Shown here in pieces: positions 1 to 8,799 of a DNA stretch of 64,000 bases. This DNA comes from an uncultured Solirubrobacterales bacterium. GTDB taxonomy: Bacteria; Actinomycetota; Thermoleophilia; Solirubrobacterales; 70-9. Numbering within the stretch: the first letter of the stretch is position 1; each line of letters begins with the position of its first letter. Position numbers and translations under genes: made by a program. Under the pieces are notes generated by a model. That model was not told the DNA's origin. It did not search any database and saw only the letters and a program-made list of their open reading frames with translations. Location: NCBI GenBank assembly GCA_963705955.1, contig CAVPLH010000009.1:20893-84892 (forward strand), read 5' to 3'.

Positions 1-651
1 CGAGCACTGGAGCTTGGTCAACGGCTCGTGGATCATCCGCGATTCCTTGATCTCGTCGAGCGAATAGGAGACCTGAAACTGGGCGTAGGGGTTGTTGACC
101 GAGTGCTTGTGGTTCTTGTAGCCGATCCAGGCGTAGTGCTCGGGCTCGGAGCCGTACTTCTCCATGTGGTCGCGCCCGGCGTTGCCGAACATCTGTGGCG
201 CCGGCGGCGACTGCTCCGGATCGCGCAGCGCGAACATCGCGATCGCGTGCTTGTCGATCGCGTTGGTGCGGTCGGTGTACTTGACCCCGAGCGAGCCCTT
301 CTCCATCTTCTCGAACCCGATCGCGAGGGCGCAGTCCGCGAGGCCCCCCTGGATCGCCTGGCGGGCGAGGAAGAGCGCCGAGGAGCCGGTCGAGCAGTTG
401 TTGTTGACGTTGACGATCGGGATCCCGGTGAGCCCGAGCTGATAGAGCGCCCGCTGGCCGTAGGTGGAGTCCCCGTAGCAGTAGCCGGCGTAGGCCTGCT
501 CGACGTCGTCGTATCGGATCCCGGCGTCGGCGAGCGCCATCTCGCCCGCCTCCTTCGCCCAGTCGGGGTAGTCGCCCTCCTTCGTCCCCGGCTTGTCGAA
601 CTTCGTCATCCCGACGCCGATCACGTAGGTGCGGTTGCGGTTTGCGCTCAT
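1..651 (-). CDS. thiolase-like protein (SCP-x / lipid-transfer-type acetyl-CoA acyltransferase), N-terminal 217 codons; 3' end lies beyond window start
   Basis: Own translation of the minus strand from ATG at 651-649: [22 protein letters not shown]...[40 protein letters not shown]. It carries the thiolase nucleophile-Cys context NNNCSTGS. Not in the ORF track because it runs off the window. Confidence 0.85.
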   Translation of the reverse strand, partial: MSANRNRTYVIGVGMTKFDKPGTKEGDYPDWAKEAGEMALADAGIRYDDVEQAYAGYCYGDSTYGQRALYQLGLTGIPIVNVNNNCSTGSSALFLARQAIQGGLADCALAIGFEKMEKGSLGVKYTDRTNAIDKHAIAMFALRDPEQSPPAPQMFGNAGRDHMEKYGSEPEHYAWIGYKNHKHSVNNPYAQFQVSYSLDEIKESRMIHEPLTKLQCS

Positions 652-892
652 CGTCGTAACGGACTGCCTTTCTCGTCGGCGGGCCTTCGCTTCCGGAAAC
701 ATACGCCCAGAGCCACCCCTCCCCGCGCCGGGTCGACCTCCTCGCGAGCGCCTAGAGCGCCTCGCCAAGCAGCGCGGTCCGCTTCGCGGGAGCGAGCGCG
801 CGACGCACCGACCGCCCGGCTACGGTGGCGCGATCTCGTGGAGCTGATCCTTACCAGCAACCGACCGATCGGATCGGCGACAATCGACCCCG

Positions 893-1468
893 ATGGCGCC
901 GAAGCTCCCGCTGCCTGCGGACGCCGACCTCCCGGAGGAGGTCCGGACCGCGCTCGCGTCGCTGCCGCCACTGAACGTCTTCCGGATGGTCGCCGCGGTG
1001 CCGGAGAGCTTCAGGCCGTTCTTGCAGCTCGGTGGATCGCTGCTCGCCGGGGCCGGGATCGATCCGCGAACGCGAGAGATCGCGATCCTCCGCGTCGCTC
1101 ATGTGACCGGGGCAGCATATGAGTGGGCGCAGCACGTCCAGCTCGGCCGCGCGGTCGGCGTCACCGAGGCTGAGATCGAGGCGCTCGCCTCCGACGACCC
1201 GGCGGCGTCGCTCGACCGCGACGCCCGCCTCGCCTGCCGTGCCGCAGAGGAGATCAGCCGCGATGTCCGCCTCTCCGACGAGGGCCTCGAGCAGCTGATC
1301 GAACGCTGGGGCAACCACGGGGCGGCCGAGCTGATCCTCTGCGTCAGCTACTACAACATGGTCAGCCGCTTCCTCGAGTCGACCCGGGTGGAGATCGAGG
1401 ACGCAGAACTGCTCGGCGAGTACGCGCCCGCGGACGTGGTCGCCCGAGGACGGTCTGCGTCGAGCTGA
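893..1468 (+). CDS. carboxymuconolactone decarboxylase (CMD/AhpD-like) family protein
   Basis: 191-aa ORF with coding-like GC3. The REIAILRVAHVTGAAYEWAQHVQLG helix pair is typical of the CMD family. Confidence 0.75.
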   Translation: MAPKLPLPADADLPEEVRTALASLPPLNVFRMVAAVPESFRPFLQLGGSLLAGAGIDPRTREIAILRVAHVTGAAYEWAQHVQLGRAVGVTEAEIEALASDDPAASLDRDARLACRAAEEISRDVRLSDEGLEQLIERWGNHGAAELILCVSYYNMVSRFLESTRVEIEDAELLGEYAPADVVARGRSASS

Positions 1469-1508
1469 GCTCGAAGCCGCGGAATGCCGGCGACGATCAC
1501 TGGGTAGG

Positions 1509-3277
1509 GTGGCGGACGTGGAGGCCGCGACCCGGGCCGAGACCGAGGACGAGCCGGAGCGCACGGCCTCGTCGTTCTGCAAGTCGCTGTTCCTCGGCGA
1601 GATCCACGAGGAGATGGTCTTCCCGTGGCCGGCGCCTGATCCCGACGAGCAGGAGCGGATCCGGGACCTGAACGCCGCCGCTCGCGAGATCGGAGCGCGG
1701 ATGGACCATCGCCAGATCGAGGAGAAGCGCTGGATCGGCGACGGCGCCATACGCGAGCTCGGCGAGGCGGGCCTCTGCGGGCTCTACGTGGACGAGGAGT
1801 ACGGCGGCCAGGGCCTTTCGCAGACCGGCTACGCGCGCGTCTTCGAAACGTTCGCCCAGATCGACGCGACGCTCTCGATCGTGCTCGGCGTCCACCAGTC
1901 GATCGGCTTCAAGGGCATCCACATGTTCGGCACCGCCGAGCAGAAGGAGCGCTTTCTCCCCGACCTCGCCGCGGGACGCAAGCTCGCCGGATTCGCGCTC
2001 ACCGAGCCCGAGGCCGGATCGGACGCGTACGCGATCCAGTCGCGCGCCGTCCTGCAGCCCGATGGCTCCTATGTACTCAACGGCGAGAAGCGCTACATCG
2101 GCAACGGCTCGAAGGGCGAGGTGTTCACCGCCTTCGCCCGCTGTGAGGTCGGCGGCAAGGACCGCCACATCGCCCTCATCCTGGAGAAGGGGATGAGGGG
2201 GTTCGAGGTCGGCGAGCGCTTCGACACCATGGGCCTGCGCGGCAACGATCTGCGCCGTCTGCGCTTCAACGACGTCAGGGTCCCGGCCGAGAACGTCCTC
2301 GGCGAGCCCGGCGACGGCTTCCGGGTCGCGATGCAGGTGCTCAACAACGGCCGCATCGGGCTCGGGACAGGCTCGGTCGGGGCGACGAAGAGATCTGCTC
2401 GACCTGGCGATCGAGCACGTCAAGCAGCGGCGCCAGTTCGGTCGCCCGCTGGCCGAGTTCGAGCTCGTCCAGGACAAGATCGGCTGGATGGTCTCGTATC
2501 TGTTCGGGCTCGAGTCGGCCTGCTATCTGACCTGCGGCCTGGTCGACCGCGGGGTCGAGGACTACTCGCTCGAATCGGCGATCTGCAAGGTCTCCGGCAC
2601 CGAGTTCCTCTGGTATGCCGCCAATCGCACCATGCAGCTGCGCGGCGGCGCCGGCTACATGCGCGACGAGCCGTACGAGAAGATCCTCCGCGACATCCGC
2701 ATCTTCCCGATCTTCGAGGGCGCCAACGACGTCCTGCGCGCCTTCGTCGCGCTTTCGGGGATGAAGCCGGTCGGCGAGAAGCTGTCCGGGCTCGGCGAGA
2801 TCGGCCTCGGCGACCCGATCGGCTCGATCGGCGTCCTGGTCGACTACGTCGGCGCCCGGATCCACCGCCAGGTCCGCCCCGACCGGCTCACCGAGGCCCA
2901 CCCAGAGCTCGCGCGCCACGCCGACTCGGTCTCCGAGCAGGTCTCGCAGCTGCAGTCGGTGAGCGAGTCGCTGCTGCGCGAGCACAGGGCGGAGATCGTC
3001 GAGCCGCCAGTTCCAGCAGAAGCGGCTCTCGGCGGCGATCTCCGACATCTTCGCCCAGGTCGCGGTGCTCTCACGAGTGAGCGCAATCTTCGCCGACCAG
3101 GGGGTCGAGCCCTCGGGCCAGGAGCGATACATCGCCGACACGTTCTGCTCACGCGCGGCCGGGCGCGTCCGCTCCGCGTTCGCGAAGATCGAGCAAAACG
3201 ACGACGAGCGGATGTCCGCGATCGCAAAGCTCGCCTACAAGCGGGGCGAGTACGGATACGCGCTGTTCGAGGACTAG
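1509..3277 (+). pseudogene. acyl-CoA dehydrogenase (long VLCAD/ACAD9-like FadE type) interrupted by two 1-nt frameshifts
   Basis: Three ORF pieces in three frames (1509.., 2488.., 3065..) read as one protein: ...LTEPEAGSDAYA..., ...GLGTGSVGATKR|LLDLAIEHVKQRRQFGRPLAEFELVQDKIGWM..., ...IRIFPIFEGANDV..., ...HRAEIVE|RQFQQKRLSAAISDIFAQV... Frame junctions at ~2394 and ~3004. Confidence 0.85.
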
Positions 3278-3382
3278 CTGCAGACCGAGCGCGTGTCAGC
3301 CGGCGAGCCGGCCACCCGGTGAACTAGGATCGCGCGCCGACGCGGCGACCAGACCGCGTCCTCACCACCCAGAGGAGCTCAT

Positions 3383-3769
3383 ATGCGCATCCACAAGTGG
3401 GTCGCCGCGGTCGTCGCGCTGTCGGCGGTCGCCCTGATCGCCGCCGGCTGCGGCAGCGACGACAGCAGTAGCAGCACGACAACCACGACGGCCTCAGAGA
3501 CATCGGCGACCTCGACCACGTCGACCGAGTCGAGCAGCTCGTCTCAGGGCTCGACTCCGGACGACGTCTACAACGCCTGCATCGATGCGATCCAGGGCAC
3601 GGCGGCCGAGACCGCGGGCCAGTCCGCATGCCAGGAGGCGAAGTCGGCGTTCGAGCAGTGCACTCAGCAGGCCGAGAACGCGGCTGACAGCGCCGCCCGC
3701 GACCTCGCGATCCAGGCTTGCCAGTCGGCCGCGGACGCGACGACCGCAGCGCTGAAGTCGGGAGGCTGA
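3383..3769 (+). CDS. secreted lipoprotein, Ser/Thr-rich linker plus Cys-containing helical domain, unknown function
   Basis: 128-aa ORF. AGAGGAG RBS lies upstream of the ATG. Signal peptide with lipobox LIAAGC. Confidence 0.8.
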   Translation: MRIHKWVAAVVALSAVALIAAGCGSDDSSSSTTTTTASETSATSTTSTESSSSSQGSTPDDVYNACIDAIQGTAAETAGQSACQEAKSAFEQCTQQAENAADSAARDLAIQACQSAADATTAALKSGG

Positions 3770-3812
3770 TCGCGGCCTGCCGAGCCCCGGCACCCGGACG
3801 TACGATCCGGGC

Positions 3813-6800
3813 GTGCCTTCGGCCTTCGGCCTCGAGATCGAGCGGTATCCGACCCCGAACAGCCTCCCGGGCCGCGCCGGCGAGCGGGCCCGTGCGGTCG
3901 TCGTCCACACGACCCACGGCTCGTTCGCCGGCACGGCGGCGTGGTTCGCCGATCGGTCGAGCGGCGTCAGCAGCCATTACCTGGTCGGCCTCGACGGCCG
4001 GGTCGCCCAGTTCGTCGATGAGCAGGACACCGCCCGGCACGCCGGCAGGGTGTTGCGTCCGAGCGCCGCGTTCGCCGCCGGTCGCGACGACCTGAACCCG
4101 GTCACCGTCGGGATCGAGCTCGAGGACGACGGCGACCCGGAGGGGGTGGCGCGGACCGGCGCGCAGTACGCGGCCGCGGCGCGGATCGTCGCGGCGGTCT
4201 GCGAGCGATGGGGGATCCCGCTCGACCGCGAGCACCTGATCGGCCATCGGGAGGCGTTCGCCGCCAAGGCCTGCCCGGGAAACGTCGACCTCGACCGGCT
4301 GCTCGCGATGGCCGCAGCCGTCGCGGAGGCCGAACGGCTGCCGCCCCCGGACCTGCTCTGCCTGCTGCCGGTCCGCAACGGCGAGACCGACCTCCCCGGC
4401 TGGCTCGATTCGATCGCCGCGCTCGGCGGTCGGGCGGCGGTGCTCGACGACGGCAGCGACGATCGCACCGCCGAGGTCCTCGAGGCGAGCCCCGCCGTCG
4501 TCTCGGTGCTCGCGAACCCGCGGCGGCGGAGTTACGCGGGCTGGGACGACGGCGCGAACCGCCGCCGCCTGCTCGACCGCGCCGCGGAGCTCGGGCCCGA
4601 GTGGATCCTCTTTCTCGACGTCGACGAGCGGATCGACGTCGGCGACGCGCTCGCGCTGCGCCGGTTCCTCGCCGGCGACGCGATCCCGGGGCTCGCCTAC
4701 GGCCTCCAGCTTCACCGTGATTGGGACGGGCGCGTCGACCCCGAGCCCCGCTACGTCTACCGCCTCTTCGCCCGCGCAGAGCGCATGACGCTGCCCGAAG
4801 GCCGGCTCCACTTCAACCCGGTGCCGATCGAGATCGAGCGCGGCGCGTGGGTTCGGACCTCGATCCGCATCCGCCATCTCGAGTCCGCAGAGCGGCTCGC
4901 TCGGCGGCGCTCCAAGTACGCCGAGTCCGACCCCGGGGACGCCCATCGGGTGTACACGGACGCGCTGCTCGGGCAAGCGCCCGACGAGCTCGTCGCCTGG
5001 CCGCCCCGCCCGGCGGCGATCCCGGTCCTCGGCGGCCCGAAGGCTCCACCCGCGGGGGCCACCGAGGCGCCGGGCGAGCGGCCGACGCTCGTTTGCCTGC
5101 TCCCGGTCCGAAACGGAGCCTCAGAGCTCGAGGGATACCTGGAATCCGCCGCGAGATTCGCCGACGCGGTCGTCGCCCTCGACGACGGCTCGACCGATCA
5201 GACGGCCGCGCTGCTCGAGGCGGCGCCGCTGGTTCGCGCCGTCCTGCGCAACCCGGTCCGGCCCGGCTACGCCGGCTGGGACGATGCCGCGAACCGCCAG
5301 CGACTGCTCGACGCCTGCGAGGAGCTCGATCCGCGCTGGGTGATCTTCGTCGACGCCGACGAGCGGATCGACCCGGACGACGCTCGTGCCCTACGCGAGC
5401 TCGCGGAGCGCGACGCGGTCCCGGGTGAGGCGTACGGGTTCCGCGTCCACCGGATGATCGGCGACCTCGCTCGATACGACCGCTCCGGCCTCTGGGTCTA
5501 CCGGATGTTCGCCTTCGAGCCGGGCCTGCGGCTCCCGGACGATCGCCGCCTGCATCTCGTTCCGGTGCCGACCTCGGTCCCGCGAGAGCGCCGGCGGCGG
5601 ACGACCGTTCGCCTCCAGCACGTCGCCGGGCTCGACCTCGCCCGCCGCCGCCGCAGGCTGGGCAAGTACGAGCAGGCCGATCCCGACCGCGTCTGGCAGC
5701 CCGACTACGAGGGCGCGATCCTCGCCACCGCTCCCCCGCGGCCGTGGGTCCCACGACCGCCGGGACTCCCGGCGCTCCCCGCCGGCCGGCGCTCGCGCCC
5801 GCTCTCCGATGACGACTACGACCTCGACGCGCCGGCGCTCTCGGCGATCGTGATCGCCCACGAGGACGAGGCGACGATCGAGCGCACGGTGCGCTCGGTC
5901 GTCGAACAGGAGTGCGAGCGCCCGTTCGAGGTGATCGTCGTCGTCAGCGGCACCGATGCAACCGCGGCGGTGGTCCGCGAGCGTTTCGCTCGGGTGACGG
6001 TGATCGACCTCGGCGAGCGCGCGCTTCCCGGCCGCGCCCGTAACGCGGGGCTGCGGGCAGCGCGGGGCGAGTACGTCTCCTTTCCGGGCTCTCACGTCGA
6101 GCTGCCGCCGGGGAGCCTCGACGCGCGGCTGCGGGCCCACGAAGCCGGCTGGCCGATGATCACCGGCTCGGTCGTCAACGGGACACCGACCCGGTCCGGG
6201 TGGGCGTCGTACTTCCTCGACCACTCCGGCTCGCTCCCCGGACGCCCGTCCGGGGAGCTCTCGGGCGCACCCGCGCACTGCTCGTACGTGCGTCAGTTCG
6301 TGCTCGAGGCCGGCGGATTTCCCGAGGACATGCGGGCCGGCGAGGACACCGTCATGAACCAGGCGCTCTGGCGCCGTGGCAAGCGCGCCTATCGGAGCCA
6401 GGCGATCCGTCTCACCCATCGCAGCCCGTGCACCGGACCGCTCGCGCTCGTGCGCCATCACTTCGTGCGCGGCCGCGCCCTGGCGCGGATCATGCGAGCG
6501 AGCGACGAGCCCGACCGCCGCCGCCGAATCCCGGCGGGCTTCCTGCGCGGCTACGCGCGCCGCCGGCTGACGACCACCGACGAGCGGGTGGCGAAGTGGG
6601 GGGCGGAGCTGCTCGACGAGTACCGGCGGGCGCGGCCGCTGGTCGTGCTCGGGATCGCCTCCGCCTATTCAGGGACCGTCTTCGAGCTCGCGCGCCGGCC
6701 GGTGGCCGGATCGGCTCGGCGGGGTCGAGGCGAGCAGCTCCGAGACGGTGACCAGCCGCATGCCGCGATCGCGAAGGCCGCCGATCAGCGCCGGCACGGC

Positions 6801-6965
6801 GGCGCGGGTCGCGGCGCAGTCGGCGCGGTCGTGGAGCACGACGATCGAGCCCGAATGCGTCCCGGAGTAGACCCGGTCGACGATCAGCTCCGGGTCGCGA
6901 ACCTCCCAGTCGCGAGGATCGACGTCCCAGCCGACGGCCCGCATCCCGGCGAGCCGCACGGCTGA
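3813..6965 (+). CDS. multidomain protein: AmpD-like N-acetylmuramoyl-L-alanine amidase (Amidase_2/PGRP fold) followed by three family-2 glycosyltransferase modules
   Basis: 1050-aa ORF with GTG start. Amidase_2 signature HTTHG...NPVTVGIELE...HLIGHRE...CPG (aa ~20-165). Two paralogous GT2 modules begin LLCLLPVRNG...VLDDGSDD...LDVDE (aa ~181-400) and LVCLLPVRNG...ALDDGSTD...VDADE (aa ~427-655). A third, classical GT2 has LSAIVIAHEDEATIERTV...GRARNAGL...GEDT (aa ~677-955). No signal peptide or TM segment. The last ~100 codons are antisense to the deacetylase gene and may not be genuine. Confidence 0.8.
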   Translation: MPSAFGLEIERYPTPNSLPGRAGERARAVVVHTTHGSFAGTAAWFADRSSGVSSHYLVGLDGRVAQFVDEQDTARHAGRVLRPSAAFAAGRDDLNPVTVGIELEDDGDPEGVARTGAQYAAAARIVAAVCERWGIPLDREHLIGHREAFAAKACPGNVDLDRLLAMAAAVAEAERLPPPDLLCLLPVRNGETDLPGWLDSIAALGGRAAVLDDGSDDRTAEVLEASPAVVSVLANPRRRSYAGWDDGANRRRLLDRAAELGPEWILFLDVDERIDVGDALALRRFLAGDAIPGLAYGLQLHRDWDGRVDPEPRYVYRLFARAERMTLPEGRLHFNPVPIEIERGAWVRTSIRIRHLESAERLARRRSKYAESDPGDAHRVYTDALLGQAPDELVAWPPRPAAIPVLGGPKAPPAGATEAPGERPTLVCLLPVRNGASELEGYLESAARFADAVVALDDGSTDQTAALLEAAPLVRAVLRNPVRPGYAGWDDAANRQRLLDACEELDPRWVIFVDADERIDPDDARALRELAERDAVPGEAYGFRVHRMIGDLARYDRSGLWVYRMFAFEPGLRLPDDRRLHLVPVPTSVPRERRRRTTVRLQHVAGLDLARRRRRLGKYEQADPDRVWQPDYEGAILATAPPRPWVPRPPGLPALPAGRRSRPLSDDDYDLDAPALSAIVIAHEDEATIERTVRSVVEQECERPFEVIVVVSGTDATAAVVRERFARVTVIDLGERALPGRARNAGLRAARGEYVSFPGSHVELPPGSLDARLRAHEAGWPMITGSVVNGTPTRSGWASYFLDHSGSLPGRPSGELSGAPAHCSYVRQFVLEAGGFPEDMRAGEDTVMNQALWRRGKRAYRSQAIRLTHRSPCTGPLALVRHHFVRGRALARIMRASDEPDRRRRIPAGFLRGYARRRLTTTDERVAKWGAELLDEYRRARPLVVLGIASAYSGTVFELARRPVAGSARRGRGEQLRDGDQPHAAIAKAADQRRHGGAGRGAVGAVVEHDDRARMRPGVDPVDDQLRVANLPVARIDVPADGPHPGEPHG

Positions 6966-7328
6966 CCCCAGCGCTCGGGACCACGACAGGTAAGGGGGCC
7001 GGAAGAGCCGCGGCGAGGGCGCGCCGGCGCGCCGCAGGGCGAGCGCGGTCCGGCGCAACTCGATCCACGCCCGGGCCGGGCGCCGGGCGAGGCGACCGTG
7101 GCTCCAAGAGTGACATCCGAGCTCGTGGCCGCCCGCGGCGATCGACCGGATCAGGGGCTCACGGCCGCGAATCCTCGAGCCGACGATGAAGAAGGTGGCC
7201 GGGACGGCGCCGCGGGCGAGCTCGGCCAGCAGCGCCTCGGTCGCGTCGCCGGGTCCGTCGTCGAAGGTCAGCGCAACGTCCGGCCGCCGGCGCCCGGCGG
7301 CAGAGCGCGCGGGCCGGCCGCTCGGCAT
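6669..7328 (-). CDS. polysaccharide deacetylase (NodB homology domain)
   Basis: 219-aa ORF. Motifs: TFDDGP, HELGCHSWSH, RPPY, and a late VLHD motif. Confidence 0.9.
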   Translation of the reverse strand: MPSGRPARSAAGRRRPDVALTFDDGPGDATEALLAELARGAVPATFFIVGSRIRGREPLIRSIAAGGHELGCHSWSHGRLARRPARAWIELRRTALALRRAGAPSPRLFRPPYLSWSRALGSAVRLAGMRAVGWDVDPRDWEVRDPELIVDRVYSGTHSGSIVVLHDRADCAATRAAVPALIGGLRDRGMRLVTVSELLASTPPSRSGHRPARELEDGP

Positions 7329-7332
7329 CCGG

Positions 7333-7828
7333 TCAGCCGAGCTTCAGCTTCGCCGTCGCGACCGCCCCGTACTGCTCGTTGTCGGCGCCGAGCGCGTAGG
7401 CGTAGAGGGTCGCCTTCGTGCGCCCCTGCAGCGGGGCCGTATCCACGGTGATCGTCACCGGTGTTGGTCCCGGCCGAGGTCAAAAAGAGCGGGAAGCCAC
7501 GCGATCCGATCAACCTCAGCCCCGGCCCCTGGCGCACGTACACCGTGATGCTCAGCCCGACCTCCTCGCCGCAGGTGCCGACGAGCTTCACCTTCGAGGT
7601 GCTGAGCAGGTCGGCCAGGGTCTGCGGCTTGAACTGGAGCGTGACGAGCGGGTAGAGGTCGTCGCCGAGCCCGGCGGGCAGGGCAGCGTCCGCCTCCTCG
7701 GGATCGAGCATCTGGGCGTACGAGGTCGCCGCGCCGACCGACACTCCGCCGGCGACCAGGTTCCGAATCAGCGTCCGCCTGCTGATTCGGCCCGCCAGGA
7801 ACGCTGCGACCGCTTCCTGTCTCGACAT
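7333..7828 (-). CDS. Tat-signal secreted protein of unknown function (apparent 1-nt frameshift near 7458-7461)
   Basis: N-terminus MSRQEAVAAFLAGRISRRTLIRNLVAGG is a twin-arginine signal. After ...LFLTSAGTNT the tracked frame turns Arg/Gly-rich. The adjacent frame instead reads VTITVDTAPLQGRTKATLYAYALGADNEQYGAVATAKLKLG* with a stop at 7333-7335. Span length is 3n+1. Confidence 0.6.
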
Positions 7829-7886
7829 GCTTCGACTCTAGCGCCCTCCTCGCCACGGCGGAGCGGTTTGTGCGAACAATCAGTGC

Positions 7887-8756
7887 GTGAGCAGCGAGGC
7901 CAGCGCCGCGCCGGTGCCGATCTTCGTGGTCGGCGTTCCGAGGTCGGGAACGAGTTGGGTGCAGCGGATCCTCGCCACCCGCCCCGACGCGTTCCCGCTC
8001 GTCGAGACCTACATGTTCTCGCGCCGGATCGGCCTCGGAGCGCTGTTCAGCCGGGTCCCGGCGACCGATGCGGGCGCCCCGCCTCGTTACGCACCCCCCG
8101 GGATCGGCCGGCTCTTCGATCGCGACGAGCTCGTCGTCGAGACCCGCGCGATCGCGCTCGCCTGGCTTCGCGCCGGGATCGGAGCCGAGGCGCGGTTCGC
8201 GATCGAGAAGAGCCCCTGGCACCTGCACGAGCTCGGGCTGATCGCCGAGGTCCTCCCCGAGGCCCGGTTCGTGAACGTGCTTCGCGACGGGCGCGACGTC
8301 GCCGTCTCGCTCGTCCACGCCCGCCGGTCGTGGTCGGACTGGGGGCAGCGGGAAGCCTCGGCGGTGGTCGCCGAGGCGGCGCGATCGTGGCGAGACGGCC
8401 TCTCGCTGGTCGCCCGAGCCGCGCCGGTGCTCGGCTCGAGCCTGCTCGAGGTCCGCTTCGAGGACCTGAAGGCCGACCCGCGGGCCGCGGTGGCGCGCTT
8501 GTTCGACCATTGCAGGATGCCGCACTCGGACGCCGACGCGGAGCGCGCGGTCGAGTTGACCGACTTCGCGCGCCAGCCCGGGCCGGCGGGGCCGGGGGAG
8601 ATCCGGCGCGCCGGAAGGGTCGGGGAGTGGCGCGAGCGGTTCGGGATCGCCGACGGCCGCCGCTTCGAGCGGATCGCCGGCGGGCTGCTCCGAGAGCAGG
8701 GCTACGAGAGCGACCCGAGGTGGTGGCTGCGACAGCCGCTCCGCTCGCGGCTCTGA
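7887..8756 (+). CDS. sulfotransferase family protein
   Basis: 289-aa ORF with GTG start. PAPS 5'-phosphosulfate loop VGVPRSGTSW and 3'-phosphate motif RDGRDVAVS. Confidence 0.8.
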   Translation: MSSEASAAPVPIFVVGVPRSGTSWVQRILATRPDAFPLVETYMFSRRIGLGALFSRVPATDAGAPPRYAPPGIGRLFDRDELVVETRAIALAWLRAGIGAEARFAIEKSPWHLHELGLIAEVLPEARFVNVLRDGRDVAVSLVHARRSWSDWGQREASAVVAEAARSWRDGLSLVARAAPVLGSSLLEVRFEDLKADPRAAVARLFDHCRMPHSDADAERAVELTDFARQPGPAGPGEIRRAGRVGEWRERFGIADGRRFERIAGGLLREQGYESDPRWWLRQPLRSRL

Positions 8757-8799
8757 GCCGCTCGGCGCCGATCCTGCCGTCGCCACCCCGCCCGAGGGG

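Noticed and set aside
2391-2396. AGATCT (BglII site) exactly at the first ACAD frameshift, considered as a sign of engineering
   Set aside because: It is a single 6-mer with no flanking vector-like or linker sequence. It is most simply a by-product of the extra T.
4208-5754. Arg/Pro/Gly-rich ORFs in alternative frames of the amidase-GT2 gene (4208..4720, 4721..5428, 4813..5754)
   Set aside because: Shadow frames. The called frame carries all the domain signatures.
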